A DNA stretch of 64,000 nt from Camelus ferus (Eukaryota), in assembly GCF_009834535.1 (NCBI RefSeq), contig NC_045696.1, positions 68,200,001 to 68,264,000 of the forward strand. The letters run 5' to 3'. Under the pieces are notes generated by a model. That model made no database searches. It was not told the origin of the DNA and saw only the letters and a program-made list of their open reading frames with translations. Within the stretch, counting starts at the first letter, position 1. Every line of letters starts with the position of its first letter. The position numbers were made by a program, and so were the translations under genes. Positions 23,595-35,377 of this stretch are shown piece by piece.

Positions 23595-23965
23595 CCCAAG
23601 CTTCCTTGCCTTGATTCATTCTGTCCCCTCTGCCGGAAGTGTCCTCCCTCCCCTTCTCTGAATGACCAGCAACTCCTAATTGAGCTTCAGGCCAATTCAT
23701 ATCGTACCTCCCCTCCACACGTTCCCTGATGCAGTTCCTTTCCTATGTCTCTGCGTGCTTCTGCTACAGCACGGCAGTGGACACTGAACTGTGGCCAGGC
23801 GTTTCTCCAAGGAGTCACAGAAGGAGTCACATTTCTCCAAGAAGTCACCCAGTGACCAACTAGAGGGGAAGCTTGTTGAGATTTGGAAGCATGTCTTTGT
23901 TTTTAATATTTCATCACTGAACGTAGTGCCTGGAATATAGAAGATATTTGACTAAAAGTTGTCCA
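23595..23965 (+). mobile_element. LINE-2 3' region
   Basis: ttcattctgtcccctctgccggaagtgtcc...tcctaattgagcttcaggcc...gtagtgcctggaatatagaagatattt. Confidence 0.7.
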
Positions 23966-24539
23966 GGACCTGAAAATTAGGCTGTTCCTAAAGAGAAACA
24001 AGGCAGCAGGCAAGAGGGATAGAGTGAAAATGGAAACCACAGACGCAGCCTTGAGATTTCAAGGTGGATTTCTCGGGGCGATGGATGACTCCCTGCAGTG
24101 CTGGGCATCTGAGACGGTCATGAACACTTCGGAGGCTGTGGGACTGCTGGAACCTCTTGTGAGATGGGTCTACCAGCACTTCCTGCTCTGAGTGAGCGTG
24201 AGTTCAGTAATGCCTTGAGAGCTGAGTGCTTGTGTGCCCTATTCTGTCGCCTTAGCCCAGATTTTTCCTTCTAAGTGTCCAAAACATCTTTAGTTGGAGA
24301 AAATGAATTGAATGGGGAAAAAAAATCCATGAGTCCCAGAATAACCTCCAGTCTGGTAATGATGTATCTTATTTCACTGTTAATTTTGCAATTAAGCAAG
24401 TGTACTTTATATGCCTGAAAGACCCATGGATTGTGTCTTAATCAAATTAATGTGTCTGTAACATAAGACTGATTCAGTGTTCAACTCTTAGGATGACAAA
24501 TGAGGCAAAGCCCCAGTTTTCTTTCTCCTTTCTCTCTCC

Positions 24540-24830
24540 ACTCCCCACAAAACCCTCCATCACGAAAGGTCAACTGACTGAAAGCCTGTTGTTTTGATGA
24601 CTGACATGAGATTCGATTGGTTAAAAATGTGAGAAAACTGGCTCCCTCCCTTCCCCCCACTTCAAACCCACTGTATGTGTGTGTGACAGTGTGTGTGTGA
24701 GTTTGGATGAAAAAAAAAATTGTGGTTGATTCTTCTTGTTGTGTACTTCCTGCCACTGACATTTGTTGCTGCTGCTGCTGTGTAATGAGGTTGAGGCTGG
24801 GTAGGAAAATCGGATGCAAATGACCTATTT
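24540..24830. promoter_or_regulatory. Candidate enhancer (RUNX, ETS, octamer, CCAAT, nuclear-receptor half-site)
   Basis: AAAGGTCA ~24566, GATTGGTT ~24616, TGTGGTT 24721-24727, ACTTCCTG 24745-24752, ATGCAAAT 24814-24821. Confidence 0.35.
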
Positions 24831-25179
24831 ATTTATCCCCAATTATGACTACCCTTCTCGACCTCTGTTCTTGGAAAACCTGGAAAGTAGAAAAAAGGGG
24901 CCAAGAAAGCTAGCTGAACATGGCATTGCCCTGAAGCAACCACTAGTACTTTAGTTGAGAAGAAATTTGAAAAAATACGATTCTGTTTAATAAATGGCAT
25001 ATTTTTTAAATGATAAATTAAAAGTAAGGGCTTTCTAAAAAAGACTTTTGTGGTTTGAGTCAAGGACTAGAGTTTGTTTCCCTGGGCTTGATTCATTTAC
25101 TTTTATAGGAACTTCAGCAAGAGTCTCCCATCCTCATCCACTCCATTTTCCACAATTAGTGGAGTAATTTAAACAAATG

Positions 25180-25645
25180 TTAATCAGATCACCTCTCTTC
25201 CCTGGCTAAAATCCATCAATGTGTTCCCATTCCACTACTGAGAAGAAAGTTTAAATTTCTTGCCATGGCTTAGAAGGCCCTATACAATATGCCTCCCGCC
25301 TTGCCCCCTGACCTTTTCTTTTTCCCTACCCCCTTGCTACAGTGCCTGCTTATTTTCCAGCCACAGGTCCTTTGCACAATCCATTCCTGCTGCCTACTTG
25401 CCCCTCTTCTCCTTTCCTGGCTCGTAGCATACTGCCACCTCTTCAGACAGGACTTCCCTATGCTTTCCCCTATGATATAGTATGATATTACTATATCACA
25501 ATTTGTAATTCTGTATTTATTTCTGCACTGAATTTTTATTTTATTATCTGTTTACTCTTTAGTCTATTAGCCTTTTAGCTGCTGTATTTGCTACTGTATC
25601 CTTTTCTGGGCGTATTGTAGGAGTTTCATTAATATTTATTGAAAG
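25180..25645 (+). mobile_element. LINE-2 3' region
   Basis: aatcagatcacctctcttccctggctaaaatccatcaatg...ccatggcttagaaggccctatacaat...aatatttattgaaagaaagaatg. Confidence 0.75.
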
Positions 25646-25790
25646 AAAGAATGGGCAACCCATTGACTTTCATAATACTTAAAATTCCTTAGCCATAAAA
25701 TGGGACTAGTCATCTATATTCTACAGCTAGCTACAGAATTCATTCTGATATTTGTTTTACACTGACATTAAGATATTGGTTAGATGTGGA
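25646..25790 (+). mobile_element. MIR fragment
   Basis: ccttagccataaaatgggactagt...gacattaagatattggttagatgtggaagg. Confidence 0.5.
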
Positions 25791-27394
25791 AGGAATGTGA
25801 GACTGAGGGTTTTGTTTTTTGTCCCCCCACCCCCCACCGTTCAAAGTGCCCTGGCTCACGTGGTAAGGATTAGACACAGTTCCTATTCTTCACCCCTTGC
25901 CTGGCGTGGACAAGGGTAGCCCCGCCATTGCTGGGTCTTGTTTCCTCTGGTCCCTTCAGTTACTGTCTCTGCCTTTAACAAGCCAGGTAAGGCATGGAGA
26001 ATACGTAAGGCAATAGTGCAAGGCTCACTCTTCACTCCCTCATTCTTCAAGGAGATTCTTATTGTCCAAATGACCTTGGAGACTAAAAGAGATGCTCAAA
26101 GATTATTGGACAAGATACTAAGCGCAAAATACCACAGTTCTCCCTCTTTCTTAAAAGGCTTCAAATCCCATCCCTCTAGTTTCTGCTCAGCCTCCCTTCC
26201 CTTCATCCTTCCCAGCCCTGGGATGCCAGAGCCTAGAGTTTCTCCAGGTGTGTTCCTGTAGAACCCATGGCTCTGATTTCTTTTTAGCCCCCAGATTTCT
26301 TCCAGGGTGGATACAGAAACCTGAAAAAGGTTGAGAATAAAGAGTCAAAAGAAGCTACATGTCTTCTGGAAAGCCAGTGAATATCTCTGAACTTCGATTT
26401 ATTTATCAAATGGGAATTTGAAATATCAACCTAAGAGAGCCATTTGAGACTAAGTTAAACCACATGAGTCACAGTCTTTTTGCAATGCCTGATACTCAGT
26501 GCTCAATAAATATCAACTGATTATTAATCTACCACCATCACCTCTCATTGCTCCTCTTTGGCCTCCTCAGAATCCACGGGATTCCTTTCAGCACGGGATG
26601 GGAGAAGAGGATAATTATTAGTCGGTCCACCTGTTTGTCAAGAAAGCAGGGAAGTGGTTTGAGTTCAGAAGACGAATCAGTAGGAGCACTGACCTCACGC
26701 TGGATTTCCATTCTTGGCTCTGTGTCTGTGCTAGATTTCTGCCTCTAGAATTCCAGTATGCGGAGGGGTTTTAATGGTAAGCAAATTCAGTCTCCTCCAC
26801 TCATTCATAACTAGCAATCTAGCGAACAAAGCAGTCTTTGGTAGAACCATCCCACTGTCTGACTTTGCAAACATGCTCCATTTCCACTTCCCAAGGGAGA
26901 AAATCCTAGAAAGAATGTGAGATGACCAGAAGAGAACCAAAGAAGATGCAACCCATCTACCAGCAAGTCTCACCACCAAAACAGAGCCCTGAGCTTGCTG
27001 TACTGGGTTTTCAACTGGGCATTTTTTTTTTAAATCAGTTCTCTTAAAATAGTGGGGCCCCTGACCATCAAGAAACTAAGTGGATGAGGGATGTGGGAAG
27101 ATGCTTACAGGAGAGCAACGATCTGCCTTGGATGATATGATGCCTGTGTGGGAGACGTGACTAGCCTGGCGACTTTTGAAACGGATGAGAGGTCCTTCTC
27201 GTTTCTAGCAGCTTCTCTCCAATGCGGTATGCTTTCCCATAGAACTAGTTTTTGACCCCTCTGACTTTTCTTTTTGTCTGCTATGTAGGATTCTGCTAAG
27301 ATTCTCGGGCTGGGAGAGAGCTCCCAGCTCTGTGCTGGACTCCTCTTCTGGGACTCCCTCTCCTTGAAAAGTGCCAGCCTGGAATCAAAGAGTT

Positions 27395-27600
27395 GGCCGC
27401 TTTGAGTTGGTGGATCTGAATTCATGGGCCAGTTCTGTCATTAACAGCAGTGTGACCACGGGCAGTCACTTTGCCTGTCTGAGCCACACTTTCCATATGG
27501 TGAGTGGAGGAAGACGGTGTCTGCCTCACAGAGCTGTGAGGAGAGATGATGTCAGACACTGAAGAGAACCTGGCACTTGGTCAGCAACCAAGGCTAGTGG
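27395..27600 (+). mobile_element. MIR SINE
   Basis: cagttctgtcattaacagcagtgtgaccacgggcagtcactt...ctgcctcacagagctgtgaggaga...cctggcacttggtcagc. Confidence 0.75.
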
Positions 27601-28099
27601 GTGCCCTTTCTTGCTCAACCTCCCCTTCCTCCGCCATCTCCTATGCTGTAGAAGGACCCTGGCCAACTTCAGGTACAGTGAAGGAGATGAGAAGAAAAAA
27701 ACCTCAGGTGGTAAGGATCTCCAGGACTTTAAGGCAGAGGTGAGGGGCTCCGTTTATCAGGTTAATTTTATACATGAAAGATTCTTATCTGGAACTTGCC
27801 CCAAAGTTCGGTTGTGTGGGACTGGGGCCTGGAAATAAAATTGAAGCTGTAGACAACTTTCCTAGTCCAGATTTCTGGTGCTATTTTGAAATACACCTAA
27901 AATCCCAGAGGAAGAATTCCATTTCGAGAATATATGACTTTTTTTTTTCCTTTTTGCTAAAACTGGACAGAAGCATTGAGGTTTATCAGTTAAAGGATGC
28001 ATGCCATGTTAATAATAGAACAAATAAGAGAAACCTACTCTGTTGCTGCTGATTTTTCAGCAGAAAAGACAGAATAGTAAAAAAGTAATAACAATAAAT

Positions 28100-28780
28100 T
28101 GAGCAAGGGCTCTGAGAGGGGTAGCACCCAACCCTGAGAACACAGAGCAGAAGCATCTAACCTAGTTTGGTGGAGGTTGTAGGGGAGTGGGGGTGGGCAG
28201 AGATGTGGTCAGGGAAGGCTTCCTGGAGGAGTGGCATTTAAATTGAGACCTAAAGTGTAAGTAGAGGAAATCTACATACAGAGAATTAGAAAGAGAAACC
28301 AGCATATGCAGAGGCCCCCGGTGAAAGCCAGGCAGAGACTGAAGGAGGTTTGCTTGGACTGGAGTGGAGGGTAGTATGTGGGATTAGTCAGAGAAGCAGG
28401 CAGGGGCTGGCTCATGAACAGAAGGGAAAGCCAAGCTGATGTACTTAGATTCTATCCTAGAATCAAGTGTTTTGCTCAAAGAGTGATCGTAATCACTCTT
28501 TGAGTAATTGCAATGCTGGCTGCCGGTGGGGCACAGGTAGCCACACATATGAGATGAAGATGGCCCGGGCCCAGGCAGGGACAACGGAGAAGGAGAGGGG
28601 GAGGGATCAAGAGATATTTAAGGGGAACACGGGCAGGACAGGTGATGGGTTGGATGTGGGGTGCTGGAGGAGGAGGGAGTGCTGAGTGTGGTACCCAGGA
28701 ATGAGCGCGGCTGGAGGTTTAGGGAAGAGGTAAACCAGTGCGAGAAGCAGGTGTTGGCAGAGAAGGGGTGAAGTTCAACC
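28100..28780 (-). mobile_element. LINE-2 remnant
   Basis: gtcagggaaggcttcctggaggagtggcatttaaattgagacctaaag...cagcatatgcagaggccc; typical antisense L2. Confidence 0.8.
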
Positions 28781-29399
28781 TGTGAGCTCTGTTGATGGGG
28801 GGTGGTTAGTGTGTAGACGAGAGCTAAGATAGAGATAAAGACTTGGGGGTACTGGCATGTAGGTCGTTGTTCCTCAAATGACATTCCATGCACCACCTGC
28901 ATCAGACCCACCTGCCGCATTTGATCAAGAGAGATGACCGGGGAAGGCTCGGATAATAGGCTAAAGAGTCGTTAAATATTTTGCCTATAAAATGAGCATA
29001 GAAAATATAAATTTGAACACTCTTTCAAAATAAGTGGCACTTAACTAATGGTGTCTGACTGCTCTTGGTGTGGTGCCGTGGCAGGCTTGCTGGAGAGGCG
29101 GGAAGGGTTCCTTTTCTCTCCTTGTTAACCATTCCACACTCCTTTGCCCCCAGCGACACTAATTTTGTTTGTTTTGTTTTGGGGAGGAATGGTACAAATG
29201 AAGTCCAGCCGCCCAGCCCTAATCTTCTCTATTTTTCTTTTCTCCTTTTTTTTAGTCTAATTCAGGACAGAGAAAGCTTTCATCGAAAGAACAGATGTCA
29301 TCTGCTTTGGTTCTTTGTGGTGGTTTTATTTTATTTTATTAAAAAAAATTCTCCTGCAGATGAGGTTCATTTAAACACAATGATGAGGCAACAAAAGAC

Positions 29400-29830
29400 C
29401 TTTCACAGAGGTGGTTCAGATTCAGTCTGACTCAGGGGAGGGAGACCAGAAAAAAACGAGGCGCTGTCCAGTCCGCCGGGCTCCCCTCTGCGGGGCCCCA
29501 GCAGCTGCATTTCAGATGCAAATGAGGCAGGGGGGTGGGGCGGGGGAGGGGAGTGGACGGGCCCAGGAAGCTGACGTGCAGGTGTTGCGGATTCCAGACA
29601 GCCCTGCAACAACAGGCTCTGAGGACACAGAGCTCACAGACAGAGCGGGCTTGAGAGCGCTCGCTCCGAGGGCTCGAGTGGCCCCGCAGCTGCACTGGCC
29701 GGTCCTTTTCACAGCCATCAATGGGCCCTGTATTGAAAATATGAGAGCCAGCAAATGGCACGTTCAGGGAAAGGAAACGCTTTGGAAGTGGAGCAAACAC
29801 CAGGCTGAGGGGCCTCCCCCTTGGCCGTGC
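29400..29830. promoter_or_regulatory. GC/CpG-rich enhancer- or promoter-like module with a G-quadruplex motif
   Basis: CAGCTG 29502, ATGCAAAT 29516-29523, G6TG4CG5AG4 29530-29551 (includes a GC box), TGACGTG 29572, CAGGTG 29579; elevated CpG. Confidence 0.4.
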
Positions 29831-30029
29831 TCATTATTTAAATCCACTGTACTTGCATAAAATAGACATTCGAGGGAGGTCCGACGCAGGCATCCTGGGG
29901 CTGGAAGGAACCCAGGAGTCGAGTCCATTCCTCTCATTCAGTAGATGAGAAGATACATGGCAGGGGCCGGAGGGACTGGCCCCAGGTCACACGGTGCGTG
30001 AGAGGTTCAGTTAGAATCTACGGGGTCCA

Positions 30030-30255
30030 CGGCACCCTCTCAGTGTAGAGGATGTTCGATATTGTGCGTGCATGATTTAATTTGCACAACAACCCTCTGG
30101 GAGAGTTTTCATTATTTCCGTGTTTAATAGGGGGAAATTGAGGCATCAGTGAATTTCAAACTTGTCTCAAGTCAAAAAGCTAATCAGACATAGAGTCATC
30201 GTCAGGATTTGAACCCAGGTGTGTATGCCTTATTCCAAAATTCATTCTTTTTCTT
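30030..30255 (-). mobile_element. MIR SINE
   Basis: ttaatttgcacaacaaccctctggg...ggggaaattgaggc...aggatttgaacccaggtgtg. Confidence 0.8.
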
Positions 30256-30368
30256 TACATTTCATTCCTGACTCCTGGGCAAGTAATTTTTTCTCTCAAG
30301 CTCGCCCACACACACACACCTGTACATATGCAAAATTATTTCAATTCCCATATACGTAAAATGCACGA

Positions 30369-30404
30369 ATATATATATGTGTGTGTATATATATATATAT
30401 ATAT
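30369..30404. repeat. (TA)/(TG) microsatellite
   Basis: atatatatatgtgtgtgtatatatatatatatat. Confidence 0.9.
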
Positions 30405-30654
30405 CCCTTGAAACATGAAAATTTGGACTTCAGACATATAATTATTAAGCTACAGCACTATTGAATTCAGCTGTGGAAGAGTTACAATTAAGATTGACAA
30501 CAATCTCTTGTACTGTGTCCAGCATGTAATATGTACTCAATAAACATTTGGATTTGAATTATTCCTTTCTATTTGAGAAGGTGCTTTTTGTTAGAGACAG
30601 ACCCTAGTGTCTACTAATATTATTACCCCTGTGAATCCTGCCTGTTTGCTTTGT

Positions 30655-30800
30655 GCTGTGTTTACAAGACACGTTCACATGAGTGAGCTCGGTGCATCTT
30701 GGTGATACCTAAGTAAGGAAGGTAAGCAGGGCCACTGGTGCCATTTTACAGATGAGAAAACTGAGGCTTAGGGAAATCAAGTACTTTTCCCAGAGCAAGC
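30655..30800 (-). mobile_element. MIR SINE
   Basis: ccattttacagatgagaaaactgaggcttagggaaatcaagtacttttcccagag. Confidence 0.85.
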
Positions 30801-31539
30801 TGTGAGGTGAACTCACAGCAGCTTATGCCAGCAGACTGGCAGAAGCTTTTAGTGAGGGGCAGCGGCTAAGGGGGTGACCTGCTGAGGAGGAGAGCCCTCA
30901 GAAGATGGGTGCACTTGTGTTATCTGCTGAAAGAGACTGAGGTCCAATGGGGAGAGCTCCAAATTTTCAGACAGACAACCCAACAAGCTCTGGGTGTATG
31001 AGTGTCGGGGCGGTGCTGGGAGGTGCGGGGATCAGGGAGATATGACCTGGGGGAGGTGAGACTGTGGGGGTGGCTTCCTTTGTACAGATGTGTCACCCTC
31101 TGTGTCTGCCTGAGGACTGTGACAGTGCCTGAGTGAGTGCCCACAGACAGGCACCCACGTGGGTGGACGAAACCCATGACTTGCTGGGGACAGGGCCAGA
31201 GTCCCGGCCTGGGGTGGTGTGGGTCCTGGGTTTCTGGGGCCCTATGTAGAACACTGGCTTTGAGCAGTTCTGTGACTTCAGTCGGAGCTTCTGAGACCTG
31301 CCACTTTGCAGTGTGGGTGGACCCACAGTCCCACTCCTTCCTTGGGAAAAATAACTCAGTAATATCGCCTCCTAAGCAGTGGGCCAAGAGTGTGAGCTGC
31401 GTATTTGGAGGATGATGCAGTATAAAATCTGAGCTGATAGACTTGTTAGGTGCCTGGATCAGACGCCTATTTTATGGATGGAAACACTGAGGATCAGGGG
31501 ACAAAAGTGACTTTATTTATTACTTCATGCCTGTCTTTA

Positions 31540-32690
31540 ATAGTTCATTTATTCAAAAAAAAAAACCTTTGTTAAGTAAGTATTCTGTGGAAGGCCTCCA
31601 AGGATCTCCCGGTCTGATGGAGAGAGATATGTACTAACAGGAAGTCACGATGCCAACAGGTGCTTAGTGAGAGTGATCGTGTTTTGAGAGAGCTCAGAGA
31701 GAAGCAGCTAGCAGTGCATTTATGGGCATCTGAAAGGGCCACACAGCAGAGATGAGATTTGAGCTGAATCTAGAAAGATCAACAATTTTGCCAAAGGTAG
31801 AGAAATGCTTACCTGAGAGAAAGAACAACATGTTCAAAGACCCAGAGGTGGGAAGAGTGTAGTGTGATACCAGGACTCTGAGGACTGGCTTCCATCGAGG
31901 GGGTGTCTCTTGCTTAGGAGTTTGTGGGGTGGGGGTCAGCCAGCAAAAGCAGAAAGTGGGCGGATCCAGGAACATGAAGGGCTTTGTATGTCAGACTAAG
32001 AAGTCTGGACTGTTTCTTGTAGGAACTGGGAAAGCACTGGAGGATGCTAAGCAGAGTGACAACAAGCTTAGAAATGAGGTTTGAACATTCTAAGGACTGT
32101 TCTATGGACTGTCTGGAAAAGACTGAACTGGACCGAGACAGGAGGCAGGGAGACCAGTTTGAAGATGCCAGAAAGTCACAGTAAGTGAAGACAAAGGCCC
32201 AGCCAGAGCTGCAGTGGGGAAGGAGAGGAGGAAATGGAGTGAGAAATTCAGGAACTGGAATCGACGTGGAAGGTGGAGTGATGGGGGGTATGGGTGAGGA
32301 GAGCCCAGGAGGCCTCTGGGGTAGGTGATTGGGTAGATGCTCCCAACCGGGAGCAAACTGAGGGAGGTGGGTGGGGAGGGTATTACGTGTTCAGTTTTAA
32401 ACTTGTTGCATGTACAACATTTGGGTATACCAAAGTGGTGGTGTGGGTGGAGAAGACAGTCTGGAGCCCGGGAGAGAGGCTAAGTTTGGAAATCAAGCGG
32501 CGACCAGGATTAGAACCCATGCATGCTGAGTTTGGTGATATGGGACACATTTTAAAAACGAGTTCATCAAAAGTGGTACTGAAATGTATCTCAGTCCTTG
32601 GGCTGAAAGCCTCCAGAGGGCAGAAGGACACCCAGCACCTGTTATGGAAGGCTCCTCTGGGCTGGCAGGGAGTTCGCCATGAAGTGAGGT
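31540..32690 (-). mobile_element. LINE-2 remnant (~1.1 kb)
   Basis: Tail ttcatttattcaa, gatttgagctgaatctagaaag, gtcagactaagaagtctggactgtttcttgtaggaactgggaaagc, and tgttcagttttaaacttgttgca ORF2-end motifs. Confidence 0.8.
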
Positions 32691-33184
32691 GACAGGGGTC
32701 ATGGGAGAGCACCCCGGCCCCTGCCGTTGGCACCATGTCAGAGCCAGGATCTCAGCAGGGCCAAATCACTTTATCTTGGAGCCACCCTCCATTAGCTGTG
32801 GTATTTACTCACTTCCTCTCCAGCCCCCGGGTCCTGCCCACCAACCACCTCCTCACCTTAGTCACTGGAGCTGAGTCATCCTTTGAGCCTATTCCTGTCA
32901 CCTTCCCCTCCATCAGGACAGAAAGGGTTTGGGCAGGAGCCACCGGGCATAGGTATTGCCATCTGCTGGCCAGATTGGAACAAGGGAGTGGGTCTCAGGC
33001 TCCGGGTTCCAATCTGTTTACCACTGTTTGCTTTGCAGGAGGCCAAGGGAGAAGTAAGGCTGGAGAGTCTCTGTGACTCCCGGAAGGGAAAGGAGAAAAA
33101 GGAGCTAATGTGGGCAAAGCACCTCTGGGGTGCCAAGCAATGCCACATGCACTAACACCCATCCCCCACCACAGTGGCCTTCGG

Positions 33185-33420
33185 GCAGCAGTGTTATCCT
33201 CAGATGGGGGACACAAGAATCATGAGGTTAAGCCATTTTCCCAAGGACATGTAGCAGATAGAGCTGAAGCCCACACAATTTCCACTACATTTCTCTACTA
33301 TTGCTCTGTCACCTCTAGGGGAGCATAGCATGCATTCAACTCAAGGTTGAATACCTACTATGTGCAAAGCACTGCACCAGAGTGGTTAATAGGGGCATCT
33401 TGCTCTTCAGAAGCTCAGCA
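33185..33420 (-). mobile_element. MIR fragment followed by an L2 tail
   Basis: gaggttaagccattttcccaaggacatgtagc (MIR); gcattcaactcaaggttgaatacctactatgtgcaaagcactg (L2 tail). Confidence 0.65.
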
Positions 33421-33849
33421 AGTCATGTTGGAAACCCTCAATCCGTTGGTTCATTCACTCAGTGTCGTCTGAGCACCACCCGTGAGCAAAGCCCACATGG
33501 GGCATGGAGATGGGTGATGCGGGGGCTCCGTCCAGGCACACCCTGTAACACCGCCCACAGGATGCAGCCGCAAAGCAGAGGCAGGGGCTCTTCATACTCT
33601 GTGAAGAGCTCGAGGAAGATTGCTCAGACTTGGTTTTCTACTGACATCGAGGTTGCGGTTTTCATAGACAAGGAAGGTGGGGAAGGGAGGCCAGTGCTGG
33701 GGGAAGTACAAGCCCCCTGCAGTGAGCAAGTCCCGAAAGCAGCAGGGATAAAGGAGAGAAGCCAGACTGGCCAATGTTGGGGAGTTGCTGGATCACTGAG
33801 ACAAGTTTTAAAGCCCTACTAACATGAGATAATTACTGAAGGCCTGAGT

Positions 33850-34181
33850 ATTTGTGAATTCTCCTGCTGACCCATTTGCTCTTCATCGAAGTCACTCCCT
33901 TTACTGCTTCCCTGATATCAGGTGGTGGGTTAAGGGTTTGGGGACAACAGAGAGTGAAAAACAGGGACAGTCCTGGCCACCAAGGAGGTTGGAGACCCAT
34001 ATCAGATGGTCACAATGCAATGGATGTTTGCAAACTTGGAGAGTGCTTAAAAGGAAAGGAAGACTGTGTGAGAGCCCATGGAACGTGGGACATGTCTTTG
34101 GGGCTGGCAGTGGTGGTAGAGGAGGGCCTCTTTGAAGGAATAGCACTTAAGCCAAATCTGAAAAACTGTATAGGAGTCATT

Positions 34182-34225
<44 letters not shown>

Positions 34226-34300
34226 GGGTGGTAGAGTCGGGGGTAGGCGACAAAGAATATTGTCCTAGAAGAATGGCATTAGCAAAGAGGAGATATGATA
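33850..34300 (-). mobile_element. LINE-2 remnant
   Basis: gagggcctctttgaaggaatagcacttaagccaaatctgaaaaactgtataggagt. Confidence 0.6.
34185..34222. repeat. (GT)19 microsatellite
   Basis: Perfect 38-bp dinucleotide repeat. Confidence 0.98.
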
Positions 34301-34409
34301 TAACAAGTATTCTAGCAAAGTAACAATGCGGGATGGTCTGGAAGCTGTTGGCACCTTGTTGGGATCCCCGAGTTCAGTTGTTGAAGCCATGCCCCCGTGC
34401 TCATCCTGG

Positions 34410-34570
34410 GAAAACAGTGGCTACACTGGATCTTCCAGTAACTTCCCCTCCTGGGTTTTGCTCTGACACTAGGACCTCTGTGTCTCAGGGTCTTCATTCG
34501 TAGAGTGTAATAGAACACACCTATGTTCTTTACAGAATACTAACACTAACAAGCAATGACAAATTACTAG
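34410..34570 (+). mobile_element. MIR SINE
   Basis: gctctgacactaggacctctgtgtctcagggtcttcattcgtagagtg. Confidence 0.6.
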
Positions 34571-35149
34571 TTATCTGTAGACGTTTACTCAAGGATTAAC
34601 AATTCGGAGTTGATGTAAAAAGTCAGAAAAGAGCTCCAGAGTGTGAATTAAACATATCTGCACACACACACGCATGCATAGCCCAAGACTTAATGGTGTC
34701 AGCTTCCAGCCGACAGGTGTGAGTCTTCATTTCCACATCCACCTATCTCTAAATAAAGAGGTGGGTTTTGAACAGCTGCAAGGCACTGACAACCTCGCTG
34801 TGCTTCTTAGGAAGCTCCTGAAAAGAGAATGTTTTCATTTCCCTCCATTTCTAGCACCCTTTTTCTTCCTGGCCTACAAAGGGGCCTCAGTTTGGAGCCA
34901 AAGCACATCAGACACAAGGATTAGTCTCTGAGCGGGGAGAAGGCTCCAGCTCACCTCAGCGCCGGATGGCCACTTTCTGTGAGCCGAAGCCCTGGAAGAG
35001 TCTTCCAGGTAGTTGCATCTAAGAACCTAAGAACCTTAGCTTAGACCCGGCAACATTCATGGACCGATGAGAAGTTGTGTCCATGTTACTCAGTAAATTC
35101 TCATCCCTGAGAGCTGGAAGGTCAGGGACAGTCCTCAGAAGTCAGGGGG

Positions 35150-35290
35150 CATTTCAGCCTGTAGCCTTAGCTCTGCCACAGATTGGCTGTGTGACCTTGG
35201 ACACAGTCGCTTCCCAGATCAGAGGCCCATTTCTCCATCTCCAAAACAAGTTGGTTGGTCCAAGATCTCTGACATGCTGTGTTTCTAGGG
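35150..35290 (+). mobile_element. MIR SINE
   Basis: ttagctctgccacagattggctgtgtgaccttggacacagtc...catttctccatctccaaaa. Confidence 0.8.
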
Positions 35291-35377
35291 ACCCCTCACA
35301 GGAAGAACCCAGGTAGTATTGAATCTGGTTTTGGATTGTCATTTGCGCCTGTGTGCGGTCTGGAGGGGCGCCCTTTC

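Noticed and set aside
30920-31415. 155-aa ORF and antisense ORFs
   Set aside because: GC-rich and stop-poor; no splice-consistent or recognisable coding signal.
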